Notes under the pieces: generated by a model | What the model saw: only the letters and a program-made list of their open reading frames with translations | What the model was told of the DNA's origin: nothing | Database searches by the model: none | Program-made: the position numbers and the translations under genes | In this document: positions 1 to 10,699 of the stretch, piece after piece | Position numbering within the stretch: position 1 is the first letter of the stretch | How the letters are laid out: each line of letters starts with the position of its first letter | Assembly (NCBI RefSeq): GCF_902713615.1 | Contig: NC_052164.1 | Span: forward strand, 92,363,377 to 92,427,376 | Direction: 5' to 3' | Length of the DNA stretch: 64,000 nucleotides | Source: Scyliorhinus canicula | Taxonomy: Eukaryota

Positions 1-786
1 CCCGATAGTAGCTGGTAAGAGGAGTTTCCTGGTCAGCGCACTGCAGAAGGCCACAACAAACCACTGCCGTGCTTTGCAAGCATAATCATGGGCCAATCAA
101 ATGGAAGTCCATGGTTGCTAATGCTGCCTTAGAAGATGGAACCTTAGAGAGGGAGCAAAGTAGTTAGGTAACCTCTTGCCATATCTATGCCGGTATCATG
201 CTTTAATAGGCAGACAGTCATGTGGCTGTGACCCCTGTGTGTAATGGCAGGATAATGGGCTGTGTACAGCATCATAGTTGATACTTGCCTTTATTAGCAT
301 TTTTCAATAGGATCAGTAGTTGGTGGTCAATGGGGTTCCTTCCTTGCCCGTGTAATAGGCATGCCCTAGGCAGCCCCAACAGAGAATAAGATAAGGTAGC
401 AGGGATTGTGGACATTTTGCTTAGCCCTACATAGTGATGCCTATATTCATTTAGGGCTTGCTTGTGCAGAAACTTGCTGGAATCTAAAGCCCCCAAGTCT
501 CAGAAAAAAAAGTCCACCTCTATTCCCTTCATTTCAAACTTTGATTCTTTGAATCAATGCAGTAATGAGGATAAATGTTAAAAAATAAACACCATTATTA
601 AATTCAAATAAGTGAATGAAGCAATTTTTAAAAATCATACAAAAATAGAGAAAGTAAGGTACATTTTCAGGACTTGTGACTTCACCCATGGTCACAAGTG
701 AGCAGCTCCAAATTCCGCACGAAAGGAGGAAAAGATCATAATTCCACCCCAGATGGAAGTTTCTCAGGGAAGGATTGGATGCTTAC

Positions 787-887
787 CCTGGCAAATCGAC
801 AGATTTTCTCCTCCGCTGAAAAAATCTCGTCTCGTTTGTCTGCTTCTCTTTTTCTCTAATTTTCCACATCTCTGACTCTTCTTGAAT
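787..887 (-). CDS. NKAPD1: NKAPD1 (C11orf57) coding exon 2 (101 nt); gene continues beyond left edge
   Basis: Reverse strand reads IQEESEMWKIREKEKQTNETRFFQRRRKSVDLP-G, matching the NKAPD1 segment IQEESDMWKIRE; AG acceptor 888-889, GTAAGC donor 786-781; continues in frame (phase 0) from exon 9289-9357. Confidence 0.93.
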
Positions 888-2059
888 CTATATATTTTTT
901 TTAAAAATCAGAGGGAACGATTAAAAACCTGGAGTACTGCCCAGTTCACTGAAATGAGTCAGGTAGCTGAATGCTAGGCTCCAGGACAGGAAACTCTCAC
1001 GTCTGAATCGTGTGCAAGAGCTACTAAACTTTTTACCCCATTAAAGGGTGGGATAAAATGAGTCACAGCCTGAGGGTGCGGATGGGGAAGGATACAGGAA
1101 AGTAAGGACAGAGTGTTGGTTGTAACATGTTCGCTGTTCAGTGAGGGGGGGGGGGGGGGGATCACCATCACATTTAACAATGGAGACCAACCTTTGGGTG
1201 TAGGTTCTCTCACTGAAAACAATCAGCTCCAAGACACAATTGAATTTGCTTCTTCCAGAAACTGAATACTGCAGATGCTGAAAATTTGGAAATAAAAACG
1301 ATGAATGCTGAAAATGGAGGTCAAGCAGGTCAAGATAGAAACAAAGTTCATGTTTCAGGTTGATAGTCTTTCATCAGAACAGTGTTTCCAGTATGTCCTA
1401 TTTATATTCTAGTGCTCCACAATGCAATTCAAAATTTCAAAACATTGTTAGTAAGTTGTCGAAACTTGTCTTATTTCCCAATAATCGTACTGTCGGCAAT
1501 GCATTGCATGAAAGTAATTAACTGTGTCAGTGCTCATTCACAGCCCCGTTATATGAAATGCATTATAAACCCAAACTTAATTTTGATGTTATGACAATAT
1601 TCACTTCCATTTGATTATTCTAAGTGCTCAACAGCTTCATATATCTTCCACCCTCTGTATATGTGAGCTCATCTAAAATTCTGCCGTGCATATTATTGCA
1701 CCATCGTTCCTGTGTACACCGACTTACACGGACTTCCAATTGAGCAATGCCTCAATTTAAAAATTCTCATCCTTATTTTCAAATCCCTCCAGAGTTCCTC
1801 TCCCTAGTTCTGTAGCCTTCTCGAGTCTGTCAATCCTCTGAGATATCTGTGCTCCTCCAGTCTAGACCTGTTTCACATAACAATTTTAAAACTCTCTCCA
1901 AGACTGCTGGTCGCTCCTTCAGCTGTCTAATCTCCAAGCTCTGAAATTCACTCTCTAAATCTCTACACCTGTCATCCTTTCAGATATTTCTTAAAACTTA
2001 CTTATTTGATCAGGTATATATATGGTCGGCTCAGCTAATCTGGGAGCATTGCCGTTCCA

Positions 2060-2715
2060 TTTAACAGACACACTTCTGGTACCGAGGGGTGCAGATGGCT
2101 CGGGATTGGGCCCGGCTTTGTAAATTGAACATTGCAAGCCTGGTGAGTAAGGTTAAGGCCGATCTAAAGACCTGGCATTGCCTCCCTCTGTGAAGAACAT
2201 TCTGCCAGTTTCTATTTTTATTCCAATGTCTACCGTTTATGTTTAACCAACTGGAGAGATTGATCCCATCCTTCATCTGGGCGGGCAAGGTAGCCAGGAT
2301 TCAGGAAACGATCCTGCAGAGGGACTAGGAGTCAGGGGGCTTGGTGTTTCCAAGCCTGATATATTACTATTGGATGGCGATTGCAGAGAAGGCATTGGGA
2401 ATTTACAGGAGGATCCAGCATCTCTTGGTGGGGGGGTTAAGGCCAAGTGGAAGGAGGAATTGGAGTGGAGGTCAGCTTCTCCACCCAACCCAGGATTGTA
2501 TAGAGTTTTTTTAGACCTTGAAAAAATTAAGTACGCCATGAGAGGTGCAATTGAGGAGTTCTACAAAAGATGGTAGCCGTTTATTTTGTACTTTACAGAG
2601 CTAGTCAGCGTCAGCTGTTGGGGGAAGGGTTTTTGGAGAGGATGTGGGTATTATATGTGCCTGCTTTATCGTATTGCATTTGTTAAAAAATGTTCAATAA
2701 AATATATATTTTTTC
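2060..2715 (+). mobile_element. Deleted L1/Tx1 ORF2 3' fragments
   Basis: YRGVQMA..., FLDLEKIKYAMRGAIEEFYKRW resemble the ORF2 C-terminus of the 3583-8879 element; AATAAA plus A-rich end near 2696. Confidence 0.7.
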
Positions 2716-2754
2716 AAGTATATGGTCAGCTTCCCAGATATCACCTTATATATC

Positions 2755-3354
2755 GGGCAGCACTGTGGCACAGTGGTTAGCATTGCTGTCACAGTGCCAG
2801 GGACCCAGGTTTGGTTCCAGCCTTGGGTGACTGTATGGAGTTTGCTCTTTCTCCCCTTGTCTGCGTGGTTTCCTCACGAGTGCTCCGGTTTTCTCCCACA
2901 GTCCAAAAATGAGCAGATTAGATAGATTGGCCATGATAAATTGCCCCTTAGTGTCGAGAGAGATGCAGGTTGGATGGGGTTGCAAGGTAAGGCCGCACAC
3001 CTGGTTAGGATGCCCTTTCGGAGGATCAGTGTAGACTCAATGGGCCGAATGGCCTCCTTCTGCATTGTCCTGTGGTGATATTGTTCAGTGTGAAATTTTG
3101 CTATATAATGTTCCTGTGCAGGGCGGCACGGTGGCACAGTGGATGGCACTGCTGCCTACGGCATTGTGGATGCGGGTTCGATCCCGGCCCTGGGTCACTG
3201 TCTGTGTGGAGTTTGCACATTCTCCCCATGTCTGTGTGGGTCTCACCCCACAACCCAAAGATGTGCAGGTTAAGTGGATTGGCCACACTACCTTGCCCCT
3301 TAATTTGCAAAAAAAAAAAAAATTGGCTACTCTAAATTTATTTTATTTTTTTTA
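2755..3354 (+). mobile_element. Two tandem HE1/V-SINE copies (about 2755-3075 and 3121-3354)
   Basis: tRNA head GGCACAGTGGTTAGCA...GGTTCGAT, V-domain TGCGTGGGTTTCCTCCGGGTGCTCCGGTTTCCTCCCACAGTCCAAAGA (shortened in the second copy), LINE-like tail. Confidence 0.88.
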
Positions 3355-3582
3355 AATGTAATGCTCCTGTGCCTTGGGACAGCTTGCCAAAGTGCTATAT
3401 AGATGCAAGTTGTATTGTCCACACGTAATGTCAAATTGGGGTAAAAGGTCCTTTAGAGAATCCAATTAAAACATATGATATATTAAACGATTGTGTCAAC
3501 TTGAACATCCATTTCAAAATTGATTCTGAGAATTAAGCACATTTACTTATCTACATCATGGCACCTTGCAATAACTGCATAT

Positions 3583-6500
3583 GATCACTTCCGGTTGCGG
3601 CTATGCGGAGCTAAGCCGCACGTTCGGCAGCTCCCGCCAGGAACGGACTTTTGGGCTCTTTTATGGGTCCCCAGCAGTACCTGCTCGACGGTTCCCGACG
3701 TGGGAAGGTGTCTGCAGCGGATCCCCAGTGGTCTATGGTCTTGACCAGGAGTGGGGCCAGCAAAATAGCGGTGGCAGCGCCTAAGAAAAAGCGGGAGAAG
3801 AGAATCAAGATGTCGGCCGGCGGAGGCCTCGAGGAATGGAGGCAGTGGGCGCAGGTGCAGCAGGAGACTCTCCAGCGATGTTTTCAGGAGCTAAAAGTGG
3901 AGCTGCTAGACTCGCTGAAGGCGAATGCGGACAAGTTGCTGGCGACGCAGGCAGCCCAGGGGGTGGAGATCCGGGAGCTCCGACAACAAGCCTCCGAAAG
4001 AGAGGTCGAGGCCGCGGCCCTCGTGGCAAAGGTGGAGATGCACGAGGCACTCCATACGAAGTGGCAGGGGCGGTTCGAGGAGATGGAGAACGGATCGAGG
4101 TGGAATAATTTGGGGATCCTGGGCCTCACGGAGGGGTCAGACCTGGGGGCCTATGTGGTCATTTTGTTGAACTCGCTGATGGGAGCTGGGTCCTTCCAGG
4201 GGCCCCTGGAGCTGGAGGGTGCCCACAAAATACTGGCCAGGAGGCCCAAGCCGAATGAGCCGCCACGGGCGGTGCTGGTGCGGTTCCACCGGTTCGCTGA
4301 CCGAGTGTGTGTGCTTAGGTGGGCCAAGTAGGAGTGGAGCAGCAAGTGGGAGAACACGGTAGTGCGGATCTACCAGGACTGGAGTGCGGAGGTGGCGAAG
4401 CGGAGCGCCGGGTACAACCGGACGAAGGCGGTGCTCCACAGAAAGAGTGTGAAGTTTGGCTTGTTACAGCCGGCGCGTCTGTGGGTCACTTTCAAGGACC
4501 GGCACTTTTATTTTGAGTCCCCGGAGGAGGCGTGGGCCTTTGTGCAGGCCGAGAAGTTGGACTCTGACAGGGTCGGGGGTTTGTAAATAACTGTGTTAAC
4601 TTTTGGTGGGAAGGGTCTCTGTTTTATGCTGTTTTAAGCTGGTTGTGTGTTGGTTCTTGGGCGGGGGGTTGCTGTCTTTTTTGCGTGGGCGGTGTCGGGC
4701 AGAGGGAAAGCGCGGTTTTTCTTCTGTTTCCCGCACTGAGGGTGGATGGGGGCGGGGTCGGAGCTCAGAAGCGCGGGCTTTTTTTCCCGCGCGAGAGGGA
4801 GGAGGGGGGTCTGCTGATGGGTCTGGGGGAGGAGTAGTAGTCCCACGTTGGGGGGGGGTCGGAGGTGTGGCGGGAGCTGATGAGGTCAGCAGAAGTTAGC
4901 TGGCTCACGGGAGTGCTACGGAGGGAGTAACGTGGCTGGGAGGGGTCCTAGCCTGGGGGGGGGAGGGGTACCGGGTTGCTGCTGAAATGGTCAGGAAGGA
5001 GCTGGAGTATGCAGGGAGGGTCGGGGTGGGGGTTTGCCGCCGTGGGGAACGGGCCGAACGAGAGGTGCTGGCCTGGGGCGGGCAGGGGACAGGTTATGGC
5101 TAGTCGGCAGGGGAGGGGGGCAGGGAGCCCTCTGATCCGGCTGATAACTTGGAATGTGAGGGGGCTGAATGGGTCCGGGCCCGGGTGTTTACGCACCTGA
5201 AGGCGGACGTGGCTATGCTTCAGGAGATGCACCTGAAGGTGGCAGACCAGGTTAGACTGAGGAAGGGCTGGGTAGGCCAGGTGTTTCATTCGGGGCTGGA
5301 TGCAAAAAACCGGGGGGGGGGGGGTGGCGATTCTGGCGGGAAAAAGGCTGTCGTTTGAGGCGTCAAAGGTGGTGGCTGACAGTGGAGGGAGGTATGTGAT
5401 GGTGAGCGGCAAGCTGCAGGGGGAGCAGGTGGTGCTGGGGAATGTCTATGCCCCAAATTAGGACGATGCGGGTTTTATGCGGTGCATGTTGGGCCGCATT
5501 CCGGATCTAGAGACGGGGGGGCCTGATATTGGGGGGGGGGGGGGGGGGGGACTTTAACACAGTGCTAGAACCCCCATTGGATCGATCCATGTCCAGGACG
5601 GGCAGGAGGCCCGCGGCGGCTAAGGTGTTGAGGGGGTTTATGGACCAGATGGGAGGGGTAGATCCTTGGAGGTTCGCAAGGCCGAGAGCCAGGGAGTATT
5701 CATTTTTCCCCCACGTGCATAAAGCCTATTCCCGGATCGATTTTTTTGTCCTGAGCAGGGGACTGATTTCGAGGGTGGAGGATGCCGAGTATTCGGCCAT
5801 AGTCATTTTGGATCATGCCTCGCACTGGGTAGACCTTGAGCTGGGGGAGGAGAGGGACCAGAGCCCGCTCTGGCGCCTGGAGGTGGGGCTGCTGGCGGAT
5901 GAGAAGGTGGGCGGGCGGGTTCGGGGGTGTATCAAGAGGTACTTAGAGGCCAATGATAATGGGGAGGTCCGGGTGGGTACAATTTGGGAGGCATTGAAGG
6001 CGGTGATTAGAGGGGAGTTGATTTCCATCCGAGCTCATAGGGAGAGGGGAGAGCAAAAAAGAGAGAGGGAGAGGTTGGTGGGGGAGATGGTGAGGGTGGA
6101 CAGGAGATACGCGGAGGCTCCGGAGGAGGGACTGTTGAGGGAGCGACTTAACCTTCAGACCAAGTTCGACTTGCTGACCACTGGAAAGGCGGAAGCTCAG
6201 TGGAGGAAGGCACAGGGAGCGGTGTACGAATATGGGGAGAAGGCGAGTAGGATGCTGGCGCATCAGCTACGTAAGCGAGACGCGGCCAGGGAGATTGGTG
6301 GAGTGATGGATAGGGGAGGCAATGTGATACGAAGGGGGGTGGACATTAATGGGGTCTTCAGGGACTTTTATGGGGAATTGTACCGGTCCGAGCCCCTGGT
6401 GGAAGGGGGGGGGGGGGGGGGGGGGGGAGAGAGAATGGGGCGCTTTTTAGATAGACTGAGATTTCCGAAGGTGGAGGAGGGACAGGTGGAGGGGCTGGGG

Positions 6501-8879
6501 CCGCCGATTGAGCTGGTCAAAGGAATAGGCAGCATGCAGTCGGGGAAGGCGCCGGGGCCGGATGGGTTTCCGGTTGAATTTTACAAAATGTATGCAGACC
6601 TGTTGGGCCCCCTGTTGGTTAGGACCTTTAACGAGGCAAGGGAAGGGGGGGCTTTGCCCCCGACTATGTCACGGGCGCTGATTTCCTTGATCCTTAAAAA
6701 GGACAAGGACCCCCTGCAGTGTGGATCATATAGGCCGATCTCGTTGTTAAATGTGGATGCCAAGCTGTTGGCGAAGATCTTGGCCACAAGGGTAGAGGAC
6801 TGTGTGCCGGGGGTCATTCATGAGGACCAGACGGGGTTTGTGAAGGGAAGGCAGTTGAACACCAATATACGTAGGCTTCTGAATGTTATAATGATGCCGA
6901 CGGTAGAAGGGGAGGCGGAGATAGTGGTAGCATTAGATGCGGAGAAGGCCTTTGATAGGGTTGAGTGGGGGTACTTGTGGGAGGTGCTGGAGGTTCGGGG
7001 AGGGGTTTGTCAGTTGGGTGAGGCTGTTATACGAGGCCCCGATGGTGAGCATAGCCACGAATAGGAGGAGATCGGAGTACTTTCGGTTGTACCGGGGGAC
7101 GAGGCAGGGGTGTCCCCTGTCCCCTTTGCTCTTTGCGTTGGCAATTGAGCCCCTGGCCATGGCGTTGAGGGAGTCGAGGAATTGGAGGGGTCTGGTGCGG
7201 GGTGGGGAGGATCACCAAGTGTCATTATACGCAGATGACTTGTTGCTTTATGTGACGGACCCAGTGGGGGGAATGCCGGAGGTGATGCAGATCCTTAGGG
7301 AATTTGGGGGCTTTTCTGGGTACAAGCTCAACCAGGGTAAGAGTGAGCTGTTTGTCGTGCGCCCGGGGGAATCAAGTGGAGGGGATTGGTGGGCTCCCGC
7401 TGAAAAGGGCGGGGAGGAGCTTTCAGTACCTGGGAGTCCAGGTGGCTAGGAGCTGGGGGGCCTTCACAAGCTTAACCTCACTAGGCTGGTGGAGCAAACG
7501 GAGGAGGAGTTTAAAAGATGGGACATGTTGCCGCTGTCGCTGGCAGGCAGGGTGCAGTCCGTCAAGATGACGGTGCTCCCAAGGTTTTTGTTCCTGTTCC
7601 AGTGCCTCCCCATCCTTATCCCGAAGGCCTTTTTTAGGAGGGTCAACAGGAGTATTACGGGATTTGTATGGGCACATGGGACTCCGAGGGTGAGAAGGGT
7701 GTTTTTGGAGCGGGGCAGGGATAGCCCAACCTCTGTGGGTACTATTGGGCTGCCAACGCAGCGATGGTGCGTAAGTGGGTAATGGACGGGCCAGGGGCAG
7801 CATGGAAGAGGATGGAGATGGCGTCCTGCGTAGACACGAGCCTGGAGGCGCTGGTAATGGCGCCGTTGCCGCTCCCTCCAACGAGGTATACCACGAGCCC
7901 GGTGGTGGCGGCTACCCTCAAAATGTGGGGGCAATGGAGACGGCATAGGGGGGAGGTGGGGGGCTCGATGGAGTCCCCGATACGGGGGAACCACCGGTTT
8001 GTTCCAGGGAGCATTAATGGCGGGTTTCTGGGCTGGCACAGGGTAGGTATTAGGAGGTTGAGGGACCTGTTTGTGGATGGGAGGTTTGCGAGCCTGGGTG
8101 AGTTCGAGGGGAAGTTTGGGTTCTCCCGGGGAACATGTTTAGGTACATGCAGGTTAGGGCGTTTGCCAGGCGGCAGGTGGAGGGGTTCCCTCTGCTGCCC
8201 CCACGTGGGGTACGGGACATGGTGCTCTCGGGGGTGTGGGTTGGAGGAGGGAGGATTTTGGACGTGTACCACGTAATGCAGGAGGTAGATGAGGCCTCGG
8301 TGTAGGAGCTGAAGGGTAAATGGGAAGAGGAGCTGGGTGAGGACATTGAGGAAGGGATGTGGGCGGATGCCCTGGAAAGAGTGAATTCCTCCTCTTCCTG
8401 TGCGAGGCTTAGCCTCATGCAGTTCAAGTTGCTACAAAGGGCTCACATGACCAGGACGAGGATGAGTAGGTTTTTCGGGGGCGAAGACAGGTGTGCTAGG
8501 TGTTCGGGGAGCCCAGCGAACCATGCCCATATGTTCTGGGCATGCCCAGCGCTGGGAGAGTTTTGGAACGGGGTAGCAAGGACGGTGTCGAGGGTGGTAG
8601 GATCCAGGGTCAAGCCAGGCTGGGGACTCGTAATTTTTGGGGTTGCAGTGGAGCCGGGAGTGCAGGAGGCAAAAGAGGCCAGTGTTCTTTGCGTCCCTAG
8701 TAGCCCGGCAGAGGATCTTGCTTCAATGGAAGGATGCAAGGCCCCCAAGCATGGAGGCCTGGATCAATGATATGGCGGGGTTCATCAAATTGGAGGTGGT
8801 GAAATTTGCCCTGAGGGGATCAGTACAGGGGTTCTTTAGGCGGTGGCAGCCTTTCCTGGACTTCCAGGCAGAACGGTAC
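3583..8879 (+). mobile_element. Near-full-length L1/Tx1-clade LINE (inactivated) in the NKAPD1 intron between coding exons 1 and 2
   Basis: ORF1 about 3810-4586 (coiled coil, ENGSRWNNLGILGL, RIYQD; in-frame TAG at 4329-4331). ORF2 from 5096: APE motifs TWNVRGLN, GGDFN, SRIDFF; RT motifs GTRQGCPLSPLLF, YADD; Cys motif CARC...HMFWAC. Several frameshifts. Confidence 0.93.
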
Positions 8880-8979
8880 ATCATGGTACACAGCTGGAGT
8901 AAACACAAGAGATTTTTTCAGCTCGGAGATGTCTTCACTGTAAGAATTTTTACCCAGAAACACGTTTAGCTGCAGATGT

Positions 8980-9246
8980 CATAGAATCCCTACAGTGTAG
9001 AAGGGGGCGATGCGGTTCATCGAATCTGCACCGACCCTCCAAAAGAGTACCTAGGCCCACTCCCTCGCCCTATCCCCATAACCCGTGCATTGATCATGGC
9101 CAATTCACCTAACCTGCACATCTTCGGACAGTGGGAGAAAACCGAAACACCCAGAGGAAACCCACAGACACGGGGAAAACGTGCAAACTGCACACAGACA
9201 GCACTCAAAGCCGGTGCTTTGAGACAGCAGTGCTCACCACTGTGTC
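8980..9246 (-). mobile_element. HE1 SINE
   Basis: Reverse complement of HE1 consensus blocks. Confidence 0.82.
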
Positions 9247-9288
9247 TTCCTAAATTTGAATTTACAAACTTAAGTGGAACAAATTTAC

Positions 9289-9357
9289 CTTGTTGTGTGC
9301 ATCTGTGTGGCGGATAACATTTCGCAAAAGAACTTTGCCCATGGGAATTCGAGCCAT
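9289..9357 (-). CDS. NKAPD1: NKAPD1 first coding exon (69 nt, [23 protein letters not shown]); exon starts at 9370
   Basis: ATG at 9357; near-identical to the conserved vertebrate N-terminus [23 protein letters not shown]; GTAAAT donor at 9288, TTTATTTAG acceptor at 9371-9372; expected synteny head-to-head with PIH1D2. Confidence 0.95.
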
Positions 9358-10399
9358 TGCTGTTGTTCTTCTAAATAAAGGGAAAAGTACCATCATTTTG
9401 GAATTGCAGCTTTTAAATTAATCTTTCAATAAAAGTGGTTTCCCTTAGTGCCTGATTAAGATAATGTAGCTAAACCACATAGGCCAGAAAATCCACAATT
9501 AAATTGTTGGTTTATGATCTGTTAATGATTGTCTCAGCCGGAATGGCAACAGAGGTAATACAATTTGCTTTCTGCAATGCTCATAATACTTAATTTTTTT
9601 TTATTGGTTCTTTTTATTTTCGTCCACAAGCTAAACCAGCGGAGCAGAACATTCCCAGGATTCCTGATCCTGTTCCCACCACTGTTGCAATAGTTTGCAG
9701 ATTAAAAACAAGATCAGCCTTGGCGATGATGTTTCGTGATCAAGCATCTTCTTGCTGGCCATTGCACATCTAACAAAATGTCTATCTGAGCGTCACTTGC
9801 AGCCCACAATGCCGTAACCTCATAGTCAAGGTCTTCAGAACGGGAGGAAATTGAGAAAAACGCATACAAGTGTGCCACTGAAAATTTATCATATATTCAT
9901 TTGACATTGAATAGAAACAGAGGCAAGGGGCTTACACAGCCTCAATATTGGTTTTAATTGTTTATGCAACGCACAAACATGCTTGTTGGACTCAGCTGAA
10001 GACAGCTGTGAATGCTAGTACTCTTTGGGCTTATGTAGATTAGAGGAATTTTAAGCATTTTTGCAAATTAAAACACAAATTCTTCCCCCTCCAGTCAGGC
10101 CAACAAATGATTCAAAACATTCAGTAAAAAGTAAACCTCACCCAGAACATATAGCTAGCATTAAGACACTTTAGATACTACTGGCGTTATTTTGCTGCTG
10201 TGTTAGTATTTCCTTTTGTGGAAAGTTAGAGAGAGAATATCTGATTTTTTTTTTAATTGAGCATTTATATGCAACAATGTAAAACCTGTGCTGCTCTACA
10301 AGGACAGTATTCTGAACCACAAAATTAAGGGCTATTAAGACTGGGTGACTGCTTTGCTAAACAGTTTGGTTCAGTTGGAAAGCGTGACCCAAGGCTTCC

Positions 10400-10570
10400 T
10401 GTTGTTTGTCATTTCAATTCTCCACCATGCTCCCACTGACCTTTCTATCCACGGCCTGCACCAATGCAGTTCAATGCAAGTTCGGGGAACAGCACCTTTC
10501 AATTGGGCACCTTACAGCCTCTGGGTTCAACAATTTTCTATCAGAACCTGTTTCCCATTTTGTTTTTGTA
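10400..10570 (+). mobile_element. Penelope-like (GIY-YIG) C-terminal fragment
   Basis: Degenerate KxxEQHL-F-LGTLQPSG-N segment typical of PLE endonuclease ends. Confidence 0.5.
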
Positions 10571-10699
10571 TTTTTGCTAGCTGGTTCAGTGTTTAGTCTC
10601 TTATTTATTTCACTAATCCCGTTACCCAGCATTTCAATGGCTGCTATCTTGCCATTCAAATGCCATTCTCGCAGAAAGAAAGGCCACTTTCTAGGTGCG

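Noticed and set aside
272-496. 74-aa ORF as a further NKAPD1 exon
   Set aside because: No similarity to the NKAPD1 sequence I recall and no convincing splice sites; the next exon is probably outside the window.
5529-7064. 511-aa ORF as a domesticated or active reverse transcriptase
   Set aside because: Fragment of L1 ORF2 bounded by frameshifts; the YADD motif lies in another frame; ORF1 has a stop.
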